From the NCBI GenBank assembly GCA_050124795.1, contig JASFEO010000015.1:1-30432 (forward strand): a stretch of 30,432 bases of DNA. The letters are read 5' to 3'. This DNA comes from Candidatus Pacearchaeota archaeon. Lineage in GTDB: Archaea > Nanobdellota > Nanobdellia > Pacearchaeales > GW2011-AR1. Shown one piece after another: positions 8,976 to 18,361 of the stretch. A program made the position numbers and the translations under genes. Below the pieces are notes generated by a model. The model made no database searches. It was not told the origin of the DNA and saw nothing but the letters and a program-made list of their open reading frames with translations. Numbering within the stretch: the first letter of the stretch is position 1; each line of letters begins with the position of its first letter.

Positions 8976-9644
8976 TCACCCAAACCATCTTTTAAGCCAA
9001 TTCAAAATCTTTCTAATCAACCCTTCACTTAAACATTCACCAGAAACACACAAATTAGTTTTGCATTCAAAATTATTTTCACATACTGAATCATCCTCGC
9101 TTTGATTAACAAACTCTAAATTCTCAGAACAATACATCCCATTTTTTCTATAACCTAAAGGATAACAAGCCTGCTCTAATAAACAACCCTGATTGCAAAC
9201 ATCAATCTCCTTAATTCCTGAATCCCCTTCTGTTTTTTTCTCATCTTCCTTAATCTCCTCTTTTTTCCCTTCCTTTAAATAAACTTCAACCTCATTAGAA
9301 TAAATTCCGCACTTGCCTCCGAGATATTCGCAAACCCGAGCATAATAAGTTCCCTCGCCGTCAAATGCTTCTAACTTATCTTCATGAGCACTCGGACTTG
9401 AATAATAATGATACTTGTCCCCGTTTCTCAATGGATAAGTTGGCGAAGAATTCCTGCTCCAAACAACCTTGAATCCCATTTTAGAATACCCTTCAGTAAT
9501 CCATTGTAATTCATTTCCCTCTGCTTTAAGAGTTATACTTGTTACACTATAAAATTCATCATCTGTTTCATCAACATGCGGCGCAATAATTCCAGGGAGT
9601 AAAACCAGAAAAAATACAAAACTAATTAATAACCACTTTTTCAT
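8976..9644 (-). CDS. Secreted/surface protein with a C-terminal Cys-rich module
   Basis: N-terminal signal peptide, beta-rich domain, charged linker, CENNFECKTNLCVSGEC, amphipathic tail (LIRKILNWLKRWFG). Confidence 0.75.
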   Translation of the reverse strand: MKKWLLISFVFFLVLLPGIIAPHVDETDDEFYSVTSITLKAEGNELQWITEGYSKMGFKVVWSRNSSPTYPLRNGDKYHYYSSPSAHEDKLEAFDGEGTYYARVCEYLGGKCGIYSNEVEVYLKEGKKEEIKEDEKKTEGDSGIKEIDVCNQGCLLEQACYPLGYRKNGMYCSENLEFVNQSEDDSVCENNFECKTNLCVSGECLSEGLIRKILNWLKRWFG

Positions 9645-9679
9645 AAACTAACTAATAAAAGATACTTTAAAAAATTTAC

Positions 9680-10129
9680 TTAAGAAAATCTTCTCTTATT
9701 AGAAAAATCCCTCGCCATTTCAAGAAACTCTTCATAACTTTTATTCCAAATTTCTTCTTCTTGTTTTTTAAATTTCTCCTTATACTCACGTTTACTCTCT
9801 AAACCCAAATAATCATTAACAGACACTTCATAACTCTCAACTAATTTATCATAAATATTAATAAAATGCTCTCCAAAAGAATCAAGACTAAATCCCCATT
9901 TCCAGTTTACCCCGATATCCATAATTTGCAAAGCAAAAATTCTATCAATTTCATCCTCATTTAAATCTCCTTGAAGAAGTTTAAAATCATTAAGCGCATA
10001 GCCATAATACCATTTTTGATATTTTCCCTGAATACCTTTTTCCCAACCTTTTTTCTTATCAATCTTTCTAAAAACCCTTTCAAGTATTTTCCTATTTTCT
10101 CCAGTCAATTTCTTAACTATATCTACCAT
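9680..10129 (-). CDS. Hypothetical protein (149 aa)
   Basis: ATG start with a TTTAAATA box upstream and typical K/E-rich composition. Confidence 0.65.
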   Translation of the reverse strand: MVDIVKKLTGENRKILERVFRKIDKKKGWEKGIQGKYQKWYYGYALNDFKLLQGDLNEDEIDRIFALQIMDIGVNWKWGFSLDSFGEHFINIYDKLVESYEVSVNDYLGLESKREYKEKFKKQEEEIWNKSYEEFLEMARDFSNKRRFS

Positions 10130-10187
10130 ATTTTACAAAAGAATTCTATTATTTAAATATCCCTATTCAAAAAAATTAAAAAATCAT

Positions 10188-11402
10188 CTACTTTGGAACT
10201 AAAGCAAAAAAACTAAACTTCTCAATTGCAGATTTTGCTATTTTCCTAACATCCTCTAACTTAACATTTTTTATATTTTCTTCAAACTCATAAAACTCTT
10301 CTGCCCGTCCATTAACTTCACTTGCCAATAAATTAACCATTTGAGACTGCGAGTCTTCCATAGAAATTTTATATTGCCCGATTATTTGGGTTTTCACTTC
10401 TTCCAACTCTTTCTCATCTAATTCTTCAGAGACTTTTTTAAATTCTTTTAAAATTAATTCCTTGACCTTCTCAACATTCTCTTTCATTGTTCCGACATAA
10501 ACAAAACTAAAAGCATAATCTGAATTTATATCATCATCTGCCTTAACTGCATAAGCTAAATTTCTTTTCTCCCGAATTTCAGAAAATAATCTTGAAGACA
10601 AACCCCCGCCCATCATTGTTGACAAAACACTTGCTGCATAATTTTTTTTATCCCCTGCTAAAGAAACATGATAAGCAAAAACCAAATTCGCCTGGTCAAT
10701 TCCCCCCCTCTCTTCAACTTCCTCAGAATTACTTAATTCAAATTTCTGTTTGGGTATTTCGCCTTTTTCATTATTAAAATTATCCTCACAAAATTTTATT
10801 AAATTATCAAAATCACAATCTCCAACAACACAAAGAATCATATTATTTGGTTTATAAATTTGCTCAAACTTTTTTTTCATTGTTTCATTAGTTACATTTT
10901 TCAAAGTTTCATAAGTTCCTAAAACATCTAACGCCATTTTTGGTTCATAAAGAAATTGCCCAATCTTATGGAAAACATGCCTCATCGGAGTGTCATGATT
11001 CATTTTAATTTCTTCAAAAACAACTTTTCTTTCTTTTTCCAACTCTTTTTGATCAAACAAAGGATTCCTAACCATATCACCTAAAACATCCAATGCAACA
11101 TTAATTTTTTCACTCGGCATCTTGCACCAATAAGCAACAATTTTCTCACTTGTAAAACCATTTAATTCCCCGCCATTTCTCTCAATTTCTTCAGCAATCT
11201 TTTTTGTATTTCTCGTCGGAGTTCCTTTGTAAAGCATATGTTCAGTAAAATGAAAAATTCCTTTTTCTTCAAGAGTTTCATTTATGCTTCCTGCCCTAAC
11301 TGCAAAAGCGCAACTAACAACAGGCACACTTCTTTTCTCAAACAAAATTGTCATGCCATTATCTAAAACTTTTTTTCTAAAATTCTCTTTTATATTTTTC
11401 AT
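10188..11402 (-). CDS. M16-family (pitrilysin/insulinase-like) zinc peptidase
   Basis: HFTEH (HxxEH), NGFTS, SSRLFSEIREKRNLAY. Confidence 0.93.
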   Translation of the reverse strand: MKNIKENFRKKVLDNGMTILFEKRSVPVVSCAFAVRAGSINETLEEKGIFHFTEHMLYKGTPTRNTKKIAEEIERNGGELNGFTSEKIVAYWCKMPSEKINVALDVLGDMVRNPLFDQKELEKERKVVFEEIKMNHDTPMRHVFHKIGQFLYEPKMALDVLGTYETLKNVTNETMKKKFEQIYKPNNMILCVVGDCDFDNLIKFCEDNFNNEKGEIPKQKFELSNSEEVEERGGIDQANLVFAYHVSLAGDKKNYAASVLSTMMGGGLSSRLFSEIREKRNLAYAVKADDDINSDYAFSFVYVGTMKENVEKVKELILKEFKKVSEELDEKELEEVKTQIIGQYKISMEDSQSQMVNLLASEVNGRAEEFYEFEENIKNVKLEDVRKIAKSAIEKFSFFALVPK

Positions 11403-11482
11403 AGTTAAAACTAAAAATAAGACTATATAAAACTAATGCTTAATAAAAAACTTTCAATAAAATAAAAAATTAAAATCAGAAT

Positions 11483-11677
11483 TTACATTAACCAAAAATA
11501 AATTCCAACCCCTGCTCCAATAACAACGACTGCAATTATTAGCCACATCCACCATGTCATTTTCATTCCACCTTCTGTTGGTGTCTGCATGCCGCTATTC
11601 CCCGCCATTGGTTGTCCTGCAGGTGCAGTTGCTGCTTCCTTAGTAGCCGCTGGTTTTTGCATTTGCGCTTGCGCCAT
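11483..11677 (-). CDS. Small protein with a low-complexity N-terminus and C-terminal TM helix
   Basis: The ATG at 11677 follows an AGGAG SD-like motif, so it is preferred over the GTG at 11686. A/P/Q/M-rich N-part, then WWMWLIIAVVVIGAGVGIYFWLM. Confidence 0.75.
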   Translation of the reverse strand: MAQAQMQKPAATKEAATAPAGQPMAGNSGMQTPTEGGMKMTWWMWLIIAVVVIGAGVGIYFWLM

Positions 11678-11705
11678 CTTTTCCACTCCTTTTAATTAAA
11701 CTAAC

Positions 11706-11736
11706 TAAGAAAACTTTTTTTATAAACCTGTTGGTT
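11706..11736 (-). promoter_or_regulatory. BRE/TATA promoter, copy 1 of a 31-bp duplicated element
   Basis: Minus strand AACCAACAGGTTTATAAAAAAAGTTTTCTTA; 30/31 identical to 12781-12811. Confidence 0.7.
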
Positions 11737-11758
11737 TTGTTAACAAAAGAAAAATAAA

Positions 11759-12757
11759 TTAATTAACAATCACCTCAGTCTCTCCCAAGATAGTAGATTC
11801 AATTCCCCCTTCAAACATATAAATCCCATCAAAACTATAAGTTCCAGATTCATAAGGAGCCTGCACTGAATAAGTGATTTGAATATCAGGCAAAACATTT
11901 ATTTGGTCAAAAAAAACCCATGCCAACCTATTGGGGTTACTAGTATTACCTCCACTATCATCAACAACAGTCCATCCTGCAGGAACATATTCTTCCAAAG
12001 CATAATAAGTTTCCCCGCCAAGCACAGATACATAAAGAGTCACATCAATAACTTCTCCAGGTGAAACAGAACTTGATGAAAAATCCCGGAGAATATTTGA
12101 AGTTGTCCCTCCAACAAGGCATGAATCTCCAACCCATTGACAATTGCCAAACCCGCAAGGATCATCATAACAAGTTACCTGATCAGTTTCATAAGAAGAA
12201 CAAGTCGCACCAGTGCATGAAATGCATTCATCAATTAAAACATTATCTATAAAATAACAACTTCCACTAGTGCAGGAATAACATTCTGCCCTATCGCATA
12301 AATTAAACAAACCTCCTCCGCAAGTTGCGCAAGTTGTGCATGTAGGAATCTCACACTCCTGATTGCAACACCTATCAGTATCAATGGAAATTAAATTACT
12401 CCCCGGACAATACTCTTCCTCAGAACAGATATATCCTTGCTGTTCAGAACATGTGCAGCTTCCATCAGCACAAGGGTTGAAAGAACCTGTTTCATCATTA
12501 TCATTTTTATCAGAACAATCAGAGTCCCCAGGTATTGAACCATCTGTGCATTTTACTTTTCTCCAAATAAAATCACAATATCCATCGCCGTCATTATCTA
12601 TTCCATCATTGCACTGTGGAGGAGTTTTACCATGTCCGGCATGCCCCTTGCCCCCTTTTGAAGCATACCCTGTTATTGAAAAAGACAAAATCACTGCTAA
12701 AAAAACTATCATCAAAAAAACAGCCGACAAAAAAATTAATTCCTTCCTCTTTTTCAT
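11759..12757 (-). CDS. Cys-rich exported protein with a CxDGxDNDGDG motif and C-terminal Ig-like domain
   Basis: N-terminal TM/signal ending in SITGYA, QCNDGIDNDGDGYCD...DSDC, numerous Cys, beta-sandwich-like C-terminus (EEYVPAGW...GTYSFDG). Confidence 0.8.
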   Translation of the reverse strand: MKKRKELIFLSAVFLMIVFLAVILSFSITGYASKGGKGHAGHGKTPPQCNDGIDNDGDGYCDFIWRKVKCTDGSIPGDSDCSDKNDNDETGSFNPCADGSCTCSEQQGYICSEEEYCPGSNLISIDTDRCCNQECEIPTCTTCATCGGGLFNLCDRAECYSCTSGSCYFIDNVLIDECISCTGATCSSYETDQVTCYDDPCGFGNCQWVGDSCLVGGTTSNILRDFSSSSVSPGEVIDVTLYVSVLGGETYYALEEYVPAGWTVVDDSGGNTSNPNRLAWVFFDQINVLPDIQITYSVQAPYESGTYSFDGIYMFEGGIESTILGETEVIVN

Positions 12758-12780
12758 TTCAACATCCTAATTATTCATAA

Positions 12781-12811
12781 TAAGAAAACTTTTTTTATAA
12801 ACTTGTTGGTT
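12781..12811 (-). promoter_or_regulatory. BRE/TATA promoter, copy 2 of a 31-bp duplicated element
   Basis: Minus strand AACCAACAAGTTTATAAAAAAAGTTTTCTTA, upstream of the ATG at 12757. Confidence 0.7.
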
Positions 12812-12856
12812 AAATAAATTTTTAAAAATTATCCTGTCTCTTCAACTTTTTTAAAA

Positions 12857-13273
12857 TTAAAAATCAAGAGGGTCATGTAATTTTGAACATAGAGAAATAG
12901 GGGGATTAATATCAGAGAATCCTTCATTAAGACTACAATCCCTGCATACTTTTTCAAAATTTTCCCATAAGCAATCAATTTCTTCACTAATCTTTCTCTC
13001 TTGATCTTGATTAATCTGAAAAAAGGCTCCTTTTTTCTTTTCCAAAAAATATTCAGAAATATATCTGTTACAATCGCTTTCTTCCTTTCCGCTGATAATT
13101 CTTAAAGTCTTAAGATCAATTTTTTTTAAAGCGTGCATTGTACAGAGTATTGAATATTTTTTTACATCCTCGCTCAAACTTGAAAAATAAGGACATTCAC
13201 AGGTCGTAATAAAATAATCTAATTGGAATTTATAAAGATTATGCTTTGCAAAACACCAAATATCTCTCACCAT
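12857..13273 (-). CDS. Hypothetical Cys-containing protein
   Basis: ORF overlapping the 3' end of the methyltransferase, with several Cys (CEC, CRDC). Start uncertain (ATG 13273 vs TTG 13282). Confidence 0.5.
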   Translation of the reverse strand: MVRDIWCFAKHNLYKFQLDYFITTCECPYFSSLSEDVKKYSILCTMHALKKIDLKTLRIISGKEESDCNRYISEYFLEKKKGAFFQINQDQERKISEEIDCLWENFEKVCRDCSLNEGFSDINPPISLCSKLHDPLDF

Positions 13274-14018
13274 TAATTTCAAAATCTTTTTCTAAATTAA
13301 AATTTTCCTTAATAAAATTAATAATCCACCCTCGCTGAACTGAAAACTTTTTTCTGCTGCCCATTGACTTGGTTGCAAAACTCAAAATCACTCTCTCAGA
13401 CATTAGAACAATTTCTTTTAACAATTCCCTTGTATAATTTCTTTTTAACAATTCCAAAGAATCCATAACTTTAAACAAGATTATAACTCTTGGTTCACTA
13501 ACTTTTTGAATTATTCCTTTAACTTTTTCAATTTCAAATAAACTCTCATGAACAACTCTTGCATTTTTTATTTTATTTTTTTTAAAATAATTATTTTGCA
13601 AGGTGGCTAACTGCCCGACTGCCTCAACGCCCAAATAACTTTTAATATATTTTTTGAAATATTCATAACTTAAACCATTAATCCCGCTTCCTAAATCAAT
13701 TAAATTAAATTTTCCTAAATCAAAAAAACATTTTTCATAAACCTGCTTGTAGTTTTCAAACCTCTCTTTAGTTGACTTATGTTTTCCTAAAAACCAATTT
13801 AAATTATTTCCCTTTTCCAAAACATTTTCTCCTAATAATTTCCTCGAAGAAAAACTTGAAAATAATCTTCTTAAAAACTGACGGCTTAATTTTAATTTTT
13901 GATAATCATTAATATTTCTCTTGTCAAACTTTTCATAAACCAACTCAACATCTTTTTTTGGCAATTTTGAAAATTCTTTTTTCTCAGTTATTTTTTTTAT
14001 TAATTCTTCCTTTTTCAT
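13239..14018 (-). CDS. ArmA/Rmt (FmrO)-like class I SAM-dependent 16S rRNA methyltransferase homologue
   Basis: HKSTKER (cf. HxSTxER), DLGSGIN SAM motif, ILFKVMDSLE (cf. LLKxLPxLE), VILSFATKSMG (cf. VVSFPTKSLG). Start placed at 14018, which gives an ATGA overlap with the rsmH stop. Confidence 0.72.
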   Translation of the reverse strand: MKKEELIKKITEKKEFSKLPKKDVELVYEKFDKRNINDYQKLKLSRQFLRRLFSSFSSRKLLGENVLEKGNNLNWFLGKHKSTKERFENYKQVYEKCFFDLGKFNLIDLGSGINGLSYEYFKKYIKSYLGVEAVGQLATLQNNYFKKNKIKNARVVHESLFEIEKVKGIIQKVSEPRVIILFKVMDSLELLKRNYTRELLKEIVLMSERVILSFATKSMGSRKKFSVQRGWIINFIKENFNLEKDFEINGERYLVFCKA

Positions 14019-14893
14019 TTTTTCTGTGCTATCCAAAGTCTTGCTCTTTTTGCTTTGGGATTTTCCCGAATTTCTTTATTTGCCGCGAGAATTGGTTTTT
14101 TAGTTATAACCTTTATCTCATTTTTCTTTAACTCATGAAATTTCCTTTTTATTATCTTGTCCTCAATTGAATGAAAAGTTATTATTGATAAGATACCTTT
14201 CTCATTTAAAAAATTAAAAAAATTATTTAAGAAGTTTTCTAATCCTTCCAAATCATTATTAACTTCTATTCTTAATGCCCGAAAAAAAGGAGTTGCCCAA
14301 TGATGCTTTCTTGAATTCCTAAAAGCCGGAGGTAAACTTGATTTAATTATTTCAAGCAACTCTTCACCTGTTTTAATTTCACTCTCTTCTCTTGAATTAA
14401 TAATTCCTCTTGCAACCTCTCCTGCATAAACCTTCGCCCCCTGACGATTAAAAACTTTCTTTAACTTTTTATAAGAATAATTATTCACAATCTCTTTTGC
14501 ATTTAACTTTTTATCCTCATCCATTCTCATATCAAGTTTTCCAGAAAAACCAAATCCTCTTTTTTCATCCTCCAACTGATAAGTCGAAACTCCAAGGTCC
14601 AATAAAATCCCGTCGGCCTTTTTTATTTTTAATTTATTAAAAATCTCTCCAAGAAAAAAAGAATCACCCTGAACAAAAATAATATTTTCAAAACCTCTCA
14701 AGTTTTCTTTAGACTTTTTTATTGCATTAATATCCCTGTCAATTCCAATAACCAGAAATCCTTTTTTTAATAATTCTTTAGAATGCCCTCCCATTCCCAA
14801 AGTCCCGTCAACAATTAGACTTCCTTTTTTTAAATTGCTAAAACTTTTCATTACCCCATTAACTAACACAGGAATATGTTTTCGCTTATCCAT
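14015..14893 (-). CDS. rsmH: 16S rRNA (cytosine1402-N4)-methyltransferase RsmH/MraW
   Basis: HIPVL, VDGTLGMGGHS, GIDRD, DLGVSTYQL, LDMRMD, ALRIEVN, ITFHSIEDKIIK, ENP. Confidence 0.93.
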   Translation of the reverse strand: MDKRKHIPVLVNGVMKSFSNLKKGSLIVDGTLGMGGHSKELLKKGFLVIGIDRDINAIKKSKENLRGFENIIFVQGDSFFLGEIFNKLKIKKADGILLDLGVSTYQLEDEKRGFGFSGKLDMRMDEDKKLNAKEIVNNYSYKKLKKVFNRQGAKVYAGEVARGIINSREESEIKTGEELLEIIKSSLPPAFRNSRKHHWATPFFRALRIEVNNDLEGLENFLNNFFNFLNEKGILSIITFHSIEDKIIKRKFHELKKNEIKVITKKPILAANKEIRENPKAKRARLWIAQKK

Positions 14894-15024
14894 AAATTAG
14901 TTTATAAAAAACAAAATATAAATTTATCTAAAACACAATCCTGTTAATTTTTTAACCAAATATTTTTTTAAAAAGAGACTATTTCATTAAAAAATTATTT
15001 AAGTGCCTAAGCACTTATCTTCAG

Positions 15025-15942
15025 ATGCCAATTAATGTTAACGATCCGGAATATGTAAAAGCAGAAAAAAAATACTATGAAGCAGATACTTTAGAGCAGA
15101 AATTAAATGCCCTTAAAAAAATGATTTCTCACATGCCCGGGCACAAGGGCGCTGAAAACTTAAGGGCCCAATTAAAAACCCGCATGAAAAAATTAAAAGA
15201 ACAAATTGCAAAAGCAAAAAAATCAGGCAAGTCAACAAAAATAGGAATAAAAAAAGAAAACCATCAGGTTGTGATAATTGGAAAAACTAATTCAGGAAAA
15301 TCAACTCTTGTAAATTTACTGACAAATGCAAAACCAATTATTTCCCCTGTAAAATTCTCAACAACTCAGCCTGTCGTCGGCATGACAAAAATTGAAAACA
15401 TAAACATGCAGATAATTGAAAACCCTGCAATTTTTTCAGAGTATTATGACAAAGGAATTTCAAACTCTGCAGATGCAATTATACTTTTAATTAATTCCCT
15501 CGAGGAAATAAACGATCTAAAACCACTTTTAGAAAAAGCTAGCAAGAAGCAAATAATTCTTTACAATGATAAAAACAACTTATCAGAAAAACAATTAAGA
15601 AAATTAAAAGAAACAATGAAATCAAAAAAATATAATTTTGTAATAATTAATCTTTCCAATCCAACTAACCAATCCAGTGAAAATTTAAAAAACAAAATCT
15701 TTGAAACATTTGATAAAATAAGAATTTACACAAAAGAGCCAGGACAAAAAAAAGAAAAAAAGCCAATGATTCTAAATCCTGATTCAACTGTTAAGGATGC
15801 AGCTGAAAAAATTCTAAAAGGTTTTTCAAAAAATATTAAACTAACAAAAATTTGGGGGCCCTCTTCAAAATTCCCAGGACAAGTTGTTGGATTAAATCAT
15901 AAATTAAAAGACTTGGATGTTGTAGAATTTAAAACAAGATAA
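15025..15942 (+). CDS. DRG/OBG-like GTP-binding protein with C-terminal TGS domain
   Basis: N-terminal PGHKGAE helical region, G1 GKTNSGKS, G2 FSTT, IYTKEPG, TGS (IWGPSSKFPGQVVGLNHKLKDLDVVE). G3 and G4 are degenerate. Confidence 0.88.
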   Translation: MPINVNDPEYVKAEKKYYEADTLEQKLNALKKMISHMPGHKGAENLRAQLKTRMKKLKEQIAKAKKSGKSTKIGIKKENHQVVIIGKTNSGKSTLVNLLTNAKPIISPVKFSTTQPVVGMTKIENINMQIIENPAIFSEYYDKGISNSADAIILLINSLEEINDLKPLLEKASKKQIILYNDKNNLSEKQLRKLKETMKSKKYNFVIINLSNPTNQSSENLKNKIFETFDKIRIYTKEPGQKKEKKPMILNPDSTVKDAAEKILKGFSKNIKLTKIWGPSSKFPGQVVGLNHKLKDLDVVEFKTR

Positions 15943-15944
15943 AA

Positions 15945-16763
15945 TTATTTTCCGAAAACTTCTTCATAACTTTTAGAAACTTCTAACATGCCTATAATCC
16001 CTGAAGAAGGATGTGAAATATTAGTCTGAATAAAAAGAGGTCCACTCTGAAGACATCCATTAATAAAAAGCCCATTGCAATCAGTAACCTGAATAGCTTT
16101 CTCTCCCTGCCCAACCTTTTCTTTTAATTCTAAATATTTTTCATATGAATCATTGCTGACTTTTATCCCCTCATTAGAATCTAAATTAACCCATTCCCTC
16201 AAAACAAGAAAACTCTTTTTTTCTTCAGACCAAATTAAATCCTTAAAAGATTCATCTCCGCGAGCATTATATCCCCCTGCTCCGAGCAATTCATGAAGTG
16301 ATGCATAACCCCCCACATAAGTATTATCTAAAACTAAATATTCAGTAGATTTCTTTTTGGAATTCAAACTGGAATTATAAATATTTAAGAAAAAAGAATT
16401 ATCCAAATCAACATCTGATTCAAGTTTATTTAAAAAAAGTTTTTTAGTTTTCATAAATCCATGATAATTATTTCCTCCCTTAAAATGATCAAAATTTCTT
16501 AATAAAAAATAAACACCTTCTCCAAAAGAAATTGCAGAATTAATTCTTTCATGATTCACCTTTTCCTTAACAAGTCTTGCCTTATTAAATATGGCTTTTG
16601 TTTTTGTAAACCTCCTTCTATTATGATAATCATAAGAAAGAGTAGAACCAAGTCTTCCTTTTTCAAAAGTCAAAACCTGCGAATCATTTGCATCAACAAC
16701 AATCCTTGTTATATCTTTCATAAAATCATTTAGAAAAAATCGTTTATAAAAATTTATATTCAA
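15945..16763 (-). CDS. Hypothetical protein
   Basis: Long ORF with no recognised motif. The real start is possibly the downstream ATG (MKDITRIV). Confidence 0.65.
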   Translation of the reverse strand: MNINFYKRFFLNDFMKDITRIVVDANDSQVLTFEKGRLGSTLSYDYHNRRRFTKTKAIFNKARLVKEKVNHERINSAISFGEGVYFLLRNFDHFKGGNNYHGFMKTKKLFLNKLESDVDLDNSFFLNIYNSSLNSKKKSTEYLVLDNTYVGGYASLHELLGAGGYNARGDESFKDLIWSEEKKSFLVLREWVNLDSNEGIKVSNDSYEKYLELKEKVGQGEKAIQVTDCNGLFINGCLQSGPLFIQTNISHPSSGIIGMLEVSKSYEEVFGK

Positions 16764-16767
16764 AAAT

Positions 16768-17274
16768 TTAACATTTAATTTGCGATAAATCTACAAAATA
16801 TTCTTTAACAATTCTATTCCTGCAACCAACATAATCGTACATAAAATTAATAACCTGATTAAATCTGCCAAACCCCCTGCTCAAATTACCGGCTAAATCT
16901 TTTTTACTAAAATTTTCAGAAACAGGAAAATTAACTATATTCCAATCAAAAAATAAATTGGTAACCTCACTTTCATCAAAACTTGCAACTTTCAATTTAT
17001 TTACCAAATAATTATATTTTGCAAAAAAATCTTCTGTATTTAGACGAGTTTCTAATTTTAAAGATATATCCATCCTTTCATTTGGCAAAAATAACAAACT
17101 AAATATCGCCTGATTAATCAGTGAATCATCAAATTTAAAGTCTTCAAAGAACCAATAATCATTTTTAGATATCAACGGAATATTATTATAAATTTTTTCA
17201 GGATTTAAAATCCCCTCAAATAAATCTCCTTCATTTTTAGTTCGAAACAGGGGTTTAATCATAGTTAGGTTCAT
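16768..17274 (-). CDS. Hypothetical protein (168 aa)
   Basis: ATG start 4 nt after the tyrS stop; no recognised motif. Confidence 0.65.
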   Translation of the reverse strand: MNLTMIKPLFRTKNEGDLFEGILNPEKIYNNIPLISKNDYWFFEDFKFDDSLINQAIFSLLFLPNERMDISLKLETRLNTEDFFAKYNYLVNKLKVASFDESEVTNLFFDWNIVNFPVSENFSKKDLAGNLSRGFGRFNQVINFMYDYVGCRNRIVKEYFVDLSQIKC

Positions 17275-17278
17275 TTTT

Positions 17279-18304
17279 TCAATCTATTTCATTAATCTTT
17301 TCTCTTAATTTCAAAATTCTCTCCTGAGTCATATGACGCCTTACTGGTTCTAAAACTTTAATTAAATTTTCTGCAACTGTATTTTTCAAATCAAGTGGAT
17401 GAAGTTTTCCATCTCCAAAACTTTTTTCAAGTTCTGCATAAGAATTAAATTCTAGGTTCCCTCCAAACTTTTCACTTCTTTTTAGAATTATTTTTTCGCA
17501 TCTAGGAAAAATTATAAATTTGCAAATTTGTAAAATCGGATTATCATTAATTTGTTTTTCAGGGCAAAATGCTCCTTTAATTTTTTTCTTAATTGAATTT
17601 GGTTCTTCATCAATTAAAATTCTTGAATTAGGAATACTCGAAGACATTTTCCCGCCTGTAAGACCGATCATATCGGCATGATGAATTGCAACAGGGGATT
17701 TGTAATCCAGTTCAGGCAAATTCTCTCTCATTAACATATGAATTTTTCTCTGAGGCATGTCACCAAAAGCAGCATCAGAATTCAAATACTTTAAATCAAG
17801 TGTCTGCATTAAAGGGTAAATCATTTGCGCAACAGGAGGATTGTCGTCTTCCCTTGCAATAACTGACATTGCCCGATTCGCTCTCTGGCTGCTAACTTTC
17901 AAAGACAATTTCATAACATCTAAAAAATACTCTCCCTTAAGTTGAAAATCACTTCCCAAAACATAATCTGCTTTTTTCATATCAACTCCCAAAGCCTCAA
18001 AACCCTCTTTATAAAGTTGTGCAATTAATCTAATTTTTTCAAGACTCCCTTTTCTATTCAGATAAGCATGCAAATCAGCGCAAAGAAGTTTTAACTTTAA
18101 TCCTGCATTTTGAAAATCAATATGCTTTCCAATTCCAATCATTGCCCCGATATGAAGCCCTTCACCAGACGGTTCAAAACCATGATAAACTGCAAAACCT
18201 TTTCCAGCCTCTAAAGATTTTTTCAATTCCTCTTCGCCAACTATCTCAACAATATTTCTCTTAATAAGTTCAAGCTTTTCATCAACACTTAAATTTCTTT
18301 TCAT
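17279..18304 (-). CDS. tyrS: Tyrosyl-tRNA synthetase, archaeal type
   Basis: YHGFEPSG, HIG (HIGH-like), ADLHAYLN, IYPLMQ.LD, QRKIHML, KMSSS, AFCP, LHPLDLK. Confidence 0.95.
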   Translation of the reverse strand: MKRNLSVDEKLELIKRNIVEIVGEEELKKSLEAGKGFAVYHGFEPSGEGLHIGAMIGIGKHIDFQNAGLKLKLLCADLHAYLNRKGSLEKIRLIAQLYKEGFEALGVDMKKADYVLGSDFQLKGEYFLDVMKLSLKVSSQRANRAMSVIAREDDNPPVAQMIYPLMQTLDLKYLNSDAAFGDMPQRKIHMLMRENLPELDYKSPVAIHHADMIGLTGGKMSSSIPNSRILIDEEPNSIKKKIKGAFCPEKQINDNPILQICKFIIFPRCEKIILKRSEKFGGNLEFNSYAELEKSFGDGKLHPLDLKNTVAENLIKVLEPVRRHMTQERILKLREKINEID

Positions 18305-18361
18305 AACAAACCCTAAAAAATTATCATTAATAAATTTATCTAAAAAACTTCAAGGCAAATT

